NCBI GenBank assembly: GCA_013239625.1
Contig: MU053557.1
Coordinates: forward strand, 2,386,123 to 2,450,122
Reading direction: 5' to 3'
Length of the DNA stretch: 64,000 nucleotides
Source: Lama guanicoe
Taxonomy: Eukaryota
Part shown: positions 1 to 13,910 of the stretch, one piece after another
Layout of the letters: every line of letters begins with the position of its first letter
Position numbering within the stretch: position 1 is the stretch's first letter
Made by a program: the position numbers and the translations under genes
The notes under the pieces: generated by a model
The model's input: the letters and a program-made list of their open reading frames with translations, nothing else
The model's database searches: none
Told to the model about the DNA's origin: nothing

Positions 1-1341
1 TAGTCCCCCACCTTCCTCCAGCTCCCTTAAACAAACTGTTAAATGGTTTTATATTTTCTTCAAGATTAAAAAAAGAAGTAACTTTCTGACCTACTGACTA
101 GTATAACTTGTTACATGTGAATTTATTCTAATTTGTGCCTTTAAGAGTTAAACCTCCTTATCGAATATTATAAAATATAATGGATTAGTGTAACTCTAAT
201 TGAGATATATCAGATGTTGTAATGGGATGGTTTCTAACATGATTTTTTTCTTGGTTTTGATGGATAATTGTGTGGTTTTTACATTAAATCCAAGTGATTT
301 CCAGCTTCTGGTGAATGAGCTATGTTTTAGGTAGGTGTACCATAGAACATGGGCCTGTGTGCTGGTGCTTGAAAGATGCTAAACTGCATCCAGAAAAACT
401 GAAGTGTAGGAAAGAAAAGATATTTAGGAAAATGAAATATAGTTTCATATTATCAGCATAGTGTCTATCCTATTATCCAGATTAAGATGCTTTGGATAAT
501 TGAATTTTAATGTTACCTTGTAGCTTATAGAGGAAGTCTTTTTAATCCCTGTTCAAAATCTGTTTTAAAAAGGGCAGACCTCTTTTCTGCATTAGTAAGA
601 AAGACATAGCAATTATATTTAAATTGTTTGGTTCAGGATCTTGGGTTGTGTCAGCAATCATTGAAGGAATCATCAGAGATAACATTGAATCAATAGTGGC
701 TCTAGGAGATTTTAATTTTAATTGTAATATATGCCATTTATTTTCCCTAAAGGTGGATAATTATTTTACTGTATCTTTTAAACTTACTGATGTTCATGTC
801 TTTGATGAGCTACATTATTATTATTATTTGAAAAATAGGAAATGATGAATATTTTCCTAGCTAACATTTTTTCTTGTAGAAAGAGAGAATAAAGGGTTAT
901 GTATACCCGTTTTTTCTTTTTTAGTTATTCCTGTGATATTTGTAAAGTACTTTTTCTCTTATGGTTGGTTCCTATTACAGGTGAGCTGTGGAGGCATTAG
1001 TGTGGTGGGTGTTAAAAATAGAAGAATCAGTTTTTTTCTTTTGAAAGTAATCCAGTGCCTAACATGTGGAATAGGCAGTTAAAGTATAAAGAATAAAGCA
1101 AAATTCAACCGTGATGCTATAACCCAGAGATGACTACTGCTACTGTTTTGATGTATTTCTCTCCAGTCTTTTTAGTAATCATTTTTGTTATGGAGAAACA
1201 TTGCTTATGCAACCTAGATGAATGTTTTTGAATGGACTGTAAAACTAGTAGTTTCTCCCAGTGCTTTACGTTTGGGTAGAATTTAGTAATTTAAGGGAAA
1301 AAGATAAACACAAGTGACCATTACTTCTTGTGAATTAACAG

Positions 1342-1494
1342 AGACCACCTTTCATGCCTCCACCCATGGGAACCATGCCTCCTCCTCCTGGTATGATGTT
1401 TCCACCAGGAATGCCTCCTGTGACTGCTCCTGGTACTCCAGCACTGCCTCCTACTGAGGAGATATGGGTTGAAAATAAAACTCCAGATGGGAAG
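1342..1494 (+). CDS. TCERG1: TCERG1 coding exon (about exon 3): Pro-rich region and start of WW1
   Basis: ttaacag|AGA...AAG|gtaaat; 153 nt; RPPFMPPPMGTMPPPPGMMFPPGMPPVTAPGTPALPPTEEIWVENKTPDGK. Confidence 0.96.
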
Positions 1495-1500
1495 GTAAAT

Positions 1501-2293
1501 TATGAGATATATTTAGGTTGATGACTTCTTGATGATAGGAGAGTAAAACAAGAGTTTTGACAGATTGAGATCAGTGACTTATATTCTTGCCAATTTGAAG
1601 AATGAGCTTTGGGTGAGCTGGGAGGGGGGCAGGACTCCAGGAAATGCTCCCTGGATTGAACTTCTGCACAGACATAAAGTTGCCTCGAGTGCTTACGTAG
1701 GTTAGCCTGTGATTCTGGAAGCCTGTATTTTAAATATGTGCTGCAAGCCCCCAAAACAGCTCTCAGGTTTAGTGTTTGCTAGGAGGATTCGCAGGACTCA
1801 GCATGCAGTTGTACTCACAGCTAATACTAATCGCAGCGAAAGGAAACAAAGCCATACCAGCAAAGAGAAAAAGGTGCTTGGGGTGCAGTCTGGAGGAAGC
1901 CGAGCATAAGCTTTCAGGAGTCCTGTCAGTAGAATCACGGAGAATGTGTGTAATCCCTGTGGCCCGCAATTGTGGAAACACGGGTGAAGTGTTGTCTGCC
2001 AGGGAAGCTCTCATGAGTTGAGGGGCTGCGGGTTTTCATTGGAGACTGGTCACATCTCTGACACCATCTGCCTGGCACTTACTAAAATTCCAGACTCACA
2101 GAAGGAAGGCAGATATTTAGCATAAACTGCATTGTTTGCCTCGACAGTTTAGGCATAATGAGCCATTCATATCAGTTACGGAATGGTGGGAACCCTCCTG
2201 AAATCTAAGTTCCCAGGGGCCAGCCAAGGGCCATTTTAAGCAGGGCTTTCAAAGGATAGCAGTCTCTGGCCTGCTCTGTTAACTTTCTGCACA
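1501..2293 (-). mobile_element. Solo LTR, MER21-like
   Basis: - strand begins TGTGCAGAAAGTTAACAGAGCAGGCCAGAGACTGCTATCC, matching the MER21 5' end as recalled; AAAT flanks both ends. Confidence 0.7.
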
Positions 2294-2537
2294 AAATTCA
2301 CCCAATGTTTTCCTTGTTTTGGTATGTTAAAAATATAGTGTGCTCATTGGAGAAAATTGGGGGGAAGGGAGAAAGGAGTGAAAAATTACCATAGTTCCAT
2401 AATAAAACAAACAGCCAATTTTTACATACTTTCTCCTTGTTTTTTTAATACCCTTGAAGATGAAATATAGTTGCATTATCATTTTCAAATGATACCAGGC
2501 AGATTCTTTAACACTAATGATTTTGATTCCTCTGCAG

Positions 2538-2955
2538 GTTTATTATTATAATGCTCGAACACGTGAATCTGCGTGGACCAAGCCAGATGGAGTTAAGGTT
2601 ATTCAGCAGTCAGAACTGACACCTATGCTTGCAGCCCAGGCACAGGTTCAGGCCCAGGCCCAGGCCCAGGCCCAGGCCCAGGCGCAGGCGCAGGCACAAG
2701 CTCAAGCATGGTGTGAGGCCCAGGCCCAGGCTCAGGCCCAGGCCCAGGCCCAGGCCCAGGCGCAAGCACAGGCCCAGGCCCAGGCCCAGGCGCAGGCGCA
2801 GGTGCAGGCGCAAGTGCAAGCACAAGCAGTAGGAGCTTCCACCCCTACGACCAGTAGCCCAGCACCTGCAGTGTCCACTTCAACATCATCATCCACCCCA
2901 TCCTCTACCACTTCTACCACAACAACTGCCTCTTCGGTCTCGCAGACAGTATCAA
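2538..2955 (+). CDS. TCERG1: TCERG1 exon 4: end of WW1, Gln-Ala repeat, Ser/Thr-rich segment
   Basis: tctgcag|GTT...TCAA|gtgagt; 418 nt; [18 protein letters not shown]...(QA)n...[10 protein letters not shown]; frame continuous with both neighbouring exons. Confidence 0.97.
2637..2828 (+). repeat. Coding hexanucleotide repeat (CAG GCN) encoding 32 dipeptide units of the QA tract
   Basis: 192 nt of CAGGCC-type units with QV variants and one WC-EA interruption at 2709-2720. Confidence 0.95.
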
Positions 2956-5900
2956 GTGAGTACTAGTCAGCCTGTGTTTCCATGTAGGGGCTAGAGAAAT
3001 GGCGAGTAGGAACTGCATTCAGAAATGATCCTAGTGTTTCAGCTCTTATCCTTGATGAATACATTTTTGACAGTAAGATTTTGGGGTTAAAAGAACAGAA
3101 ATTTACATCAGTACAAGAAATTATTTGCCTTGTTGGAATTCATGAAGCTAAACTGGGGAAGTGCAGAGTTAGCTGTTCAACTTGGCCAACAGTAATGCTG
3201 GGTGCTGTGGGGTTTGCAAAGTAAGTGTAAGTCTTGGCCCCTATTTTGCAGAGTTTCCAGTTTTTCTAATTGAGGAAGCAAGAATAATGCATGTGAAACA
3301 ATTAGAGAATAGCGTGCAAAATTATGCAGCGAAAATAGAAGATATAAGAATTCACGAAAACGGAGAGACAAGTGAGTGGACTACATGGGTATTGAGGTTG
3401 ATCCTGAAGGATGCGTGGTAGGATTTAAGTAGGTTCAAAAGTAAGGAGAGTTGTTTCAGGTGGGGGGAACAGCATAAACGCAGGCCAGGAAATGAGGACA
3501 AGTGTAGTTTATGAGATTATCAGGTGGGAGGGTTTACATTGGTTAATAGATTGAAGAGGAATGAGACCAGGTTTTGAAGAGTTTTAAGAACCAGGCATGT
3601 GGGGCGGGCAGACAGGCACCATGCAGTCTGTATAAATGCAGTAACTGGAAGATTTTTCTGGTAGTATTTTTGGGTAGTATTAAAATCAGAGAAACTTAAG
3701 AATTTTTCAGTAATCTTGTTTAGAGGTGACTAGGTCTTAAAATGGGATGCAGGCAGATGAAATGAGTTGAGTTAAAAGTAGTCTGAAAGGTAAGAGGATT
3801 TTCAAGTATGAAGTCATAGAGGCCCAAGGGGTACATCGTTTCTAAAAAGATGAGAGGTGATTAATAGATTTCAGGGATGAGGGAAGAAAAATCTATTAAT
3901 TTGCTTAAAAGATTGTCGTTAATATGTGTCCTACTTCTGGGGTTTTGGGGGTTTTTTGGGGGTTTTTTTTTTATGGTGTGGGTGTGTTGCTGCTTCATAG
4001 GCTGAGAATGAGCCCAAAAATACTTAAATAATGATTTTATTTATTTGATTATTTATTATGATACTGATAGGAAGATACATAGTTATTCCTACAGGTTGAT
4101 TATAATTTGGATGATTTTGCTACTTGGATAACAGATTAGAATAAGGAGAAAAAAGATGTTCGTTTCCCTTTGGCTTCAAGGACTTGGGAATCATTAGTGT
4201 GTCTTACCTTCTAAGAATAATGTATTTGAGAGAAATTTAGTCATAGAACTAAATCCAAATTTTATTTTATTGACACAAGAAGTAACTGAAGAAGTAAATA
4301 CGATACATTTGATATGGAGAGTTTTTTTCTAAAGGCCCTATCTGATATTTTCTAGTGAGCTTAGGAGAAAATGTACTTAATAGAAGATGTAAATAATGCT
4401 TTACAAGGCTATTTTCTAGCTAAGATGAAGTCTGACATGGAAGTTTAACAGTGATACTAGCTAGTTGGTTGAGGATCTTTGCCTTTTTATAAGCAAGGAT
4501 TTGTAAAACCTGTGTGGCAAGGCAGAAAACTGCCCATTTTTATGCAGTACTTAGAGTGGTCCTGGGAGAAGGGGATTAATTAAAAGCAGTGTGGTTCCAT
4601 ATGGAGGCTTTGTGTTGCTTCTATTTTGTTTCCTGCCTTAGGAAAGAGAAATAGTAGTAGTTTGTTTTAAGGAAGGTGGAGAGCTCAAATTTTTAACTGT
4701 CCTCTGTATATTCCATTTCTGTATCAGAGTGGTCTTCAGTAGGACCATAGCTATCTTGTGATTGTCAACCATTCTATTCAGAATTCCTGTTTGTCATTCT
4801 TTGCACTACCCTTCAGTGATTGGGAGGCTTTTGGCTAAGAACAGAGTAGCAAAATCATGTTCTTTTTACTACTTTAAACATCAGTTTTGTTGTTGTCTTT
4901 CTGAGCATTCCTGACACCTGTTTTTCTTTCACTTGATTCAATGTCATGAAATGTTGTCATACTACAGTCTTACTGTTTCTCCATCTGTTAGAGAGATAGT
5001 CACTTGTCTTTTTTAGTTAAGATCTGAGCTGGATTAGTAGTGTATATTGAGGTTCAGTGTTATACCAGTTATTTTAGCAAATGGAGTTAGTAGGAATTTA
5101 CCTACTATAAAGTCCCAACTACCATTCCCCCAGCTTCCCATTTTATTCTTTTATTGCCTTTATCCCTTTCCTCTCATGACTCATAGCCACTAATCAAATT
5201 TGGAAAATCCTGTGTCATCAAGAGGAATGAGTTGAGCGAATGCTTTTTGCCCTATTCATTGGTGTTCCTTTCCACTTCAAATTTGATGCCTTTTATAGCT
5301 CACTTTATTTTCCTGACTATAGTGCTTTTTATCATTTTAGCAAGTATTACTAAATACTATTACCATAATAGGTTGTAAAAAATGTAATTCTATGAAGTGC
5401 AGTATAAACCTGTGGGTAAATGCAACTATAAATTAGCAAATTTATATTTTAACCCCAGTTGAACGTTAAGTCATCCTGTGCAAGTATGTGAAAAATGCTG
5501 ATTAAATCCTGCTTCTCAGGGAAGTTGGTAAGAATAATTAGATATATTTTGAGCCATTGCAGTAGACTACAAATGCTAAATGGTATATGTATGGGACTGG
5601 GCAAATGTTGCATGTAATTTGTATTTTTCACACTGTTATAAAATTATATTAATATGATACTGTACCCTAAGGCTAGGTCTATGCTAGACCAACAATTCAT
5701 TCCTGGGCCCCTGAAGATACTTGTTTGGCCCTGCTGTCTATTTAGCCAAGGTGAGTCCCTCATTAACAAGTATGAAATTGCTCACATCTTCCCAGCCTAA
5801 GTGAGTTTTTCATTGTTAGGAGCTGAAAAAAAGATACTGAGAAATTTTGTCAGTTGAATTATTGGGTGGTGTGCTTTCCTTTAGAAAATTGGCATAAAGA

Positions 5901-6949
5901 TTGGGAAAGCACTGTTTTATTTAATTTGTTAAATTCATTCTTAGTCCAATACAGGTAGAGTTTGACTTTTTTCTTTACATCAAGATAAAGATGAAGTATT
6001 TATTACCAGTGAATTACCAAAATGAATTTTCTTTTGGAACTAGATGAATTATGAATAAATAACAAAAAAATGGTTTTGTAGTATTTGAAAACTGAAACTT
6101 AAAAAAATAAGAATTTTATTTATTTTGGGGGTCACAGTTTGATTTTCAGTGTGATTGCTAGGGATGAAATGTTTTACTTTTGATATTAAAAATAATATAT
6201 TAGCAGAACCAAATTACCCTAAATTTCATACTCTCCTGGTCTCTCACACTGGAAACCTGAGGGGTTTTTTTCTTCTTTTTTTTACCTTTTATTTTGAAAT
6301 AATTATAGAGAAACCCAAATTGTTTTTGACTCCATTTGTTCATGTGCAATCAGTCATTAGTTATTGCATATCTTTTCCTCTCTGTTCTTCCTTGCTTGGA
6401 CAATTCTGATATGTCAAAATTGATTTTCCCACCTCTGTTCTTCCTTTTCTTCCTATGTATCTGCCAGGTTAATTCATCAAATGAACAGTGGTTATTACTG
6501 TTCCGTACAGAAGCTTTCATCTGCCTCCCCTGTATTCCTTTTACATCACAAAGTCATACAAATAACGTGTGAATGCATTATTATAAAAAAATTTCAAACT
6601 CTTACGAAGCATGTACAATAAAAAGTAAAAAGTGTACACAGATATAAGTTAATACATTTTAGTGTTCATTCTTTTAAATCATTTCTCTACATTTACATAA
6701 GTTCTTCCGTTTCCCTACCCAGTAAAGCACAGACTCATTAGACTTCTGTTCAAGGCCTTCTGCTTTATGCCTCTGGCCTGCCTTTCCAGCTATAACTCAC
6801 TGGTTTCTGTTGGTTGGGTTTTGTTTTTTGTTTTTTTTCACTGGATGACTGCTTGCCTTCTGTTTTCTAAACAATTCCTTGTTGTTTCCTACTCTTTGCT
6901 TTTACTCGCTTTTCTCACTACTTATTTTCTCCTTTCACTTTGTCATTTT

Positions 6950-7212
6950 CCTTGTTGAAATCCTAATCTGTCAAGGCCTATCAACTCAGTATAAAATTTT
7001 CTGTACCTTCTCACAGTAAGAAATGGTCTTTGGGTCTTGATATACACTCCTACACATTTATTCCATTTCACTTTGTATTTTAGTTATTTTTTATGTTTCA
7101 TTTAACTACTTTCAAGCCTCGTGAAGACAGAGACCTTGTTAAAAATTTCTTGCAGTGCATGGAATGGGCCCTTTGCATTACTTAGTTACTGAATGAGTGA
7201 ATGATGAATAAA
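6950..7212 (+). mobile_element. L2 3' fragment
   Basis: Ends in a (TGAA)n-like tail after ...cctcgtgaagacagagaccttg...; boundaries approximate. Confidence 0.55.
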
Positions 7213-7268
7213 TATAGTAAAATGGTTTATGAAGGAGTGATACATATTTTTGTTTTATCTTTTATCAG

Positions 7269-7511
7269 CACCTACAACACAAGATCAGACCCCAAGTTCT
7301 GCTGTTTCAGTTGCCACGCCTACAGTTAGTGTTTCAACTCCTGCTCCTACAGCCACACCTGTGCAAACCGTTCCCCAGCCGCACCCCCAGACGTTACCTC
7401 CTGCCGTTCCTCACTCAGTACCTCAGCCAGCAGCAGCAATACCTGCTTTTCCACCAGTAATGGTACCTCCGTTTCGTGTTCCCCTTCCTGGCATGCCAAT
7501 TCCACTTCCAG
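7269..7511 (+). CDS. TCERG1: TCERG1 exon 5 (Thr/Pro-rich)
   Basis: ttatcag|CA CCT...CCA G|gtaaac; 243 nt; PTTQDQTPSSAVSVATP...PGMPIPLP. Confidence 0.96.
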
Positions 7512-7849
7512 GTAAACACATAGATTGTAATAGTCTTTCCAGCTATGTTTTCATATTGTCAGTTAGTTTGTTCTCATGTGTCTGTTGCATTTGAAATTTG
7601 CCTTGAATCTCACCTGTTTGAAACGTTTTTGAAAGATTCATGGCTAACTGCAGTACTTTTCTCTTCAGTTTTGGTAAATGTCCTTTTTTGTTGTTGTTTA
7701 CATGTCTTAAAATTAGAGCCACATTTAAAGCTACACTCATTTTGGATAATGGCCTCAGTGAATTACAAATGATCATCTTTTTGTGTAAATATGTTCTTAA
7801 ATGCAATATTTTTAAGAGTTTGAGTGTATGAAGTTAAAAAATTACCAGT

Positions 7850-8070
7850 CATAATAGCTAACACAAGTTGAGTGATTTATATATTGTGCATTGTTCTAAG
7901 CACTTTATATGTAATAATGCATTTAATTTTTACAGCCATCATATGAGATAGATACACAGACAAGTTAAATTACTTGCCCATGGTCACATAGTTAGTAAGT
8001 GATGGTGTTGAGATTTGAGCTTGTGTACTCCAGATCCAAATACTGTGCCCTTCATAATTACATTGTACTG
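7850..8070 (-). mobile_element. MIR SINE
   Basis: MIR core-like gttaaattacttgcccatggtcacatagttagtaagtgatgg. Confidence 0.7.
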
Positions 8071-11000
8071 GGAAGAAGTCACTTAACTTTAAAAAAAAAT
8101 ACATCTAAAACAGAGACCATAAGTTTCCCTTGCAACAATTGTGAAGTATAACATGCACCATTTAAATGCTTACATACTTATGGTGAATTCATGTGTTTTA
8201 TTGTCTTAGAGGGAAATAATTACAGCTAGAGAAGGAATTTAAAAGATTGTGGAGTAGAATTCTTCCTGTAAGGATTAAACAGTGACTGTGTTTGGCATCC
8301 TAATTTGAATGCATTTGCTGTTATCAAACACATTTAATCCTTAATCCATGGTCCCTTCTCCTAGAATTGTAGTTGAAAATATTAATACCTTAGATCAAGT
8401 TCATATGGCTAGTTTGTATTAAAGATGAGTAGAACCTAGGCCTCTTGTCTCCTAATTTCAGTTTCCTCCACTATGATTGCCACTTTGTTGTGCTAGTTTC
8501 TGTGCAAGGATAGGGTTGTAATACAGCTATATCTTAGATTTGCACACATTTTAATTATCACTGTTGCTCTCATTGTTTATTTCCTTGTAACCACTTTGAA
8601 AAGAATGCTTTTCACATACTACACCTTATCAAGAAAGAAATAAAAAATTTCAAGAATTAGTGGGTTTTGGGGAGAATCTTTTACACGTTGTTGTAGTGTT
8701 AGATAATTAAATGCCCAAAATGTGATATTTAAGAAACTGAAATCATTTAAAAGTAAGAAGAAAACCAAAAATGTTTTCTCTAATGCTAGGGATTACCTTT
8801 TTTCTAAACTAAATTTAAATTTAAGCTAAGGCTTAATGTAAATTTAAGCTAAGCAGCTGGACACTTTCTTCTTCAGAAATACTTTATGTGGGAAATTAAG
8901 TGGTTCATGGATAAAAGCTTGACATTTATCATCACCTCTTGTAGTCTTGGTCTGCTTTAAGGGTCAGTGACAGTATTAAGACCAAATCATGGATTCTGAG
9001 TGATCTTAAGGAGCTGGGATAGTTATTTCTGTAAAGAGAACAGAAGATTGAGAGATAGCATAGTAACATACCTGAGGTATTTGAAATGCTATCACCTAAA
9101 AGGACTTCGGTTTTGCTTTAGCGGTTCTTAATATGACTAGTAAGTGAAAGGGTCAGAGTAGCAAAACTTACTCATATAGAAAGTGGAATTTTGTCACAAT
9201 AAATAATTCCTTCAGTTACAGCTGTCTTTAGATATCAAGGTCTTCTCTGGCCCTCAGCTCATCATTAAATTTGAGAACAGATGGTGGTGACTTTTTGGGT
9301 GACCAAATGAGGTACCTATGAAGTTTGGCAGTAAAAGGCATTTAATAAATGGCAGCCACTAATGACATTTTGTAGGTCAATTGGAAGAGAACTTGAGTTA
9401 GATACTATATAAAATTTTGTCTAAGATTCCAAAGATTCTTTGGAGATGAAGTTAATGTTTTATAGAAAGTAATATTAAAATTTGTTTATATAGTAAAAAA
9501 TCTTTGATATTATTAAAGGTCATTCATTTTCTCATTTCCCCTTTTAATCCAGTCCTCTAAGTTGCTTTAGTAAAAAAAAGACTTGTTTTTCTCCTCCCCA
9601 AACCTTTGGCTTTATGTACAATGTTTATATCAATTTGGGAGTAAGGTGAATAGGAGGAATTTGGATGTGATTTACCTTGGAGCCTTAAATTCCATTTGAA
9701 ATAGCAATGTATGGTTCTGATGAGGATGATTAAAGAAGGAATAGTCAAACAAGATGAAAGAAAAGAATGGAAGAGTTAGGTAAAATACAGGAATAAGAGA
9801 TGGAATTGGAGATAGTAAATCAGATTAGGATTATATAGGATTTCTGCTTTTTAGTCTGTAAAATCTTATTTGGAATTTTAAGAAACTTATGGTCAGTAAC
9901 ATCAGAATTACCCAAAGTAGTACTAAGTGGAATCTTCTAATTTCCTGATAGAACATGATTTGAGGATAGAGTTGTAGGAAAATTGAACAAATGCTTCTTT
10001 TGAAAAGAAGGTTAAAAATGTAAATGTTTGGTTATTTTGTGACTCTTCACAATATGCATATAATCGCCCTCAGAGAATACCTTAAATTTATCTTTTTAGC
10101 ATGAGAAGAAACACACATAACCTTTCATTATGGTCTATAATGTATGACCATACAATCAAATACAAGACCTCTGTGTTGGCACAAATGATACTTAACAATG
10201 GCAGGCCTAAATATGAAAAGATTTGATTTTCTTCTATTTAAGTTAAAATACATATTAGGGAATGGTTTTGGAGAACAGTCTTTGAGAATAAAGTTCATAT
10301 ATTCTAACAACTGAATTTCTAGTGCTGCCTTAGTAGGTTCAGCAGTCCTGCAGATGGCAGTATTTACACTAATTTAATCCTAATGCATGCTGTAACTCCC
10401 TTAACCAAACGGATTTTTCCATTGCTATCTTTAAATACCACGGAAAGTAAATCTATGCATACACCTTTACTCAACATGCCTTTATGATCCAGTGCTTTTG
10501 TTTTAGTTTCAGAGTTAATGGAAAGTTTAGCTTTAATATTATTTTTTTGAAACGATAATTAAAGAGATTAAGGCATTTTTCAAAAATTGGCAGTATTTTT
10601 GTGTGTGTGTGTGTGAACATAGGTACATTCTTTACAAACTCAGGGGTTTAATTTTCATTTTCGTCTCTGAATTAGGAGAACTTTCTTTTCATGTACCTCG
10701 GGAAAATAGTTCATGATTTAAAAATTTCATCAGTGCCAAAATAGGTTTAGTTTTATTTTAGCTGAAACAAATAGAAAATAAAATTTAATTTCCCAACCCT
10801 TTGCCTTTAGCCTTCTGCGTTTTTCTTTACATTTTTTAAAAAGTTCACTCTTGATTTTTATTTTTTTCAATTAATCAGTCTTAGTTTTCCAGCTTTTCCT
10901 TTCATTCCCTTTTTATCACCATTGTAATGAATCACGATGAGCATTCTTCTAAGAACTGTACGTAATTTCCATTCTTTAATACTAATGCTACTTCTTTAAC

Positions 11001-11747
11001 TGGCTTAAATAATGAGGTTTTTAAAGCAGTCAGCCCATGTAGTCATTACGGATGTTAAAGGGGCTGTATTTTTCTTAATGTGATAGCCTGCCTCCACAGT
11101 GCCCCAAGCCCATGGCGTTCCATGGAGCAGGCACTACACGTGGATATTTTGTCATTAGTTGAATTCTGCCCTCCTCTTCATCTTTGCCTTTCTTTTATTT
11201 GAAGTCTTATTTGCAGTAGAATATTTGGATCCATCTCGTACTTTATTTTCTTCCTTTCCCTCCTAGCCCTCTTTGTCTATCTTATTCTTTTTCTACTTCT
11301 TCATGGTTATGCTCCATGCCTCAGCTTCTGCATGTAGTTCCCCGTGAGCAGCAGCACAGAGAAAGTGTCTGGTCAGTGTCATGCTGCATCTGCCTTTCAC
11401 TGGTGTCTAGAGCAGCATGGGTTTGATGTCCTGTGGGAAAATGTCCCACTTAAGAACTTGTTATGTATATGTATTGAAGGGGCTTTCTTTTGTTGAATTT
11501 AAAGCTCCTTCAAATACTGTCAGAGCTGGTTTATAAAAAGGTAATTGATGATACAATTTAGAATCAGTTATCATTAGATTTGGCACCACTTCCCACAAAA
11601 TGTCAGACAGAAGTTTTGCTCCATTCTTGGTCTTTTTCATTGGAAATAGCATTCTAAATTGTAGTGGTAAATTATTTCCCTGAATCCCAGTGGTAGCCGA
11701 CATACAATGGCAGCTTTCCAACGTATGCTTGCTTATCCATTTTACAG

Positions 11748-11810
11748 GTGTAGCAATGATGCAAATAGTCAGCTGCCCGTATGTAAAGACAGTCGCTACC
11801 ACCAAGACCG
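11748..11810 (+). CDS. TCERG1: TCERG1 exon 6, symmetric 63-nt cassette exon
   Basis: tttacag|GT GTA GCA ATG...ACC G|gtaatt; GVAMMQIVSCPYVKTVATTKT; phase 1-1; recalled as alternatively spliced in human. Confidence 0.92.
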
Positions 11811-12940
11811 GTAATTTTTAAAACCATCTTAGTTTGTTTTGTCTGTAAGTTGGCATGGTAGTGAATGTTGTTGTTTATCCTTTTATTTATTTTGCCCAAG
11901 TAAGTGGATTTTTTTATATTTTTCTTTTTAATGAGCAGTATAAATGCAGTTGTCATATTTGGCCAACACGTAATTTTCCCAATTGCCTGTAGTATTAGCT
12001 TGTTGGTTCACAAAAGCAAATAAGGTCAGATCACTTTATATCTTAATTTTTGTAATAAGTGTAAACAACTTCATTCTCATATTCATAACATTTAATTTTA
12101 TTTTTGATGTGTGCTTTTAAGTTAAATATAAAAAAATCATTTCCATGTGTAAAGTGATGTGATTATGCTTGCATGCTAGTGAGTATATGTGTGTGAATAT
12201 TTGTGTGTATAGTATAAATTAACACTTTAAAGCTATCAAAGTTAACTACCTGAAACTTAAATTCTAGTATGGGATTCGAGGTTTTTAAAAATTTTTTCGA
12301 TTCACTTATTTTTGGCTACTTTATTTATGTAATATTGGCTAATCTGTAATATTAGCTACCTGGTAAAAAATACTAATCTTGGCTTATCTTTTAAAAAATA
12401 CAAGAAACTTTTGTTTCCTTTAGGAAAAGATTAAGCTGACTGACAATTTACAGGGCTATCTGACTTAATTACTTAGTGTATTAAAGTAAATTCAATAATA
12501 AACTCAGTCATTTTTTTTCAGTCATTTACTTTAAAATGGAATTCATATCCTCTTTAGGTATGTGAGAGCAAGAAAATAATTTTGCCTCAGGAAATATGCT
12601 TAGCAAATACAGTTGTTACCTTGATTTCATTAGAATTTGAGAAATTCTTTATAAAAATATATTTCTATTAGTAAGCAGAAAATGTACCATTTTTATAATT
12701 TATGATGTTAAGATTTCATCATAGGAGTGACCCAAATTTCTGACTGTTTTTAAGGTCCTTCTTGGGTTGAATTTCTGAATCTAATAGAATTTAGGCATTA
12801 GAACTAAACCAGGGATGTAGATTTAAATAATTAAATCATATTTTATGATTTTCTTTGTTTCACCTGGCTCATTCATTTATTAATATTTAATAGAAAGATT
12901 TAGTTCATATTTTAAAATTTAATATTGTATTGCAATCTGA

Positions 12941-13207
<267 letters not shown>

Positions 13208-13910
13208 TAAATAGAACACTGTTTGAAATTCTGAGTTAATTGTTCTTTGAGGGGCTTTCTGAGTACGGTGTTGGATTATTTATTTCCACTGAATTGAAAA
13301 ATATGTATTCATTTAAAAATCCAGGGCTGCTTATATGATTGCCTATCGTTTTATCATCTGAAGTTAAATTATACATACATACTAATACATATTTTTTAGT
13401 GTTGTCAGTAACTGCATGATTTTTCTAGTGAATAATTGTTGTCCTTATTGAGATTCATAGCAATGATAGGGAAGGAATCTGTGTATTCTGAAGAAAAAAA
13501 TTTAGGCCACTGGAGTCTTAGATGAAGAGGACTCGTAATTTTTGTAGTATGTAAGTCCCTGTTTCTGTTCCTCAGTACTTTAGTCTAACCTTATCCCTTT
13601 CAGCAAAATGAATGATTGCTACAAATGATACATGAAATGACTGAAAGACTTTATTTTATGTCTCTCTGAAATCAGTAGTTCTTTTCTGCTGACAAATTTA
13701 CTGATTGGGATAGCAAGGTACTTGAAGTTGAGCATTACATTAGATTCAAATCAATGATATTAAAATGAAAAACATTTTATCTTTAATAACTTAATAATTT
13801 AATAACTAATAATTAATAACTAAAAATAGAATATTTTAACTGCTTAGTCTCTGAAAGTTCTGTAAGTTATATCAGAACCATTGAATGGCATTATTTCAAC
13901 TTTTTAATAG

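Noticed and set aside
2610..2920. Alternative-frame and antisense ORFs (poly-RP, poly-PG, poly-LG, poly-AW)
   Set aside because: Automatic by-products of the CAGGCC repeat; no independent evidence of translation
11320..11450. H/ACA snoRNA
   Set aside because: Two hairpins and an ANANNA are present but no ACA box follows the second hairpin
11461..11956. Antisense ORFs of 114 and 94 aa over exon 6
   Set aside because: No coding signature or recognisable product; they overlap a real exon on the opposite strand
13780..13825. AT-rich TAATAA(C) short repeats, and a 15-bp direct repeat at about 8816-8853
   Set aside because: Low-complexity slippage products
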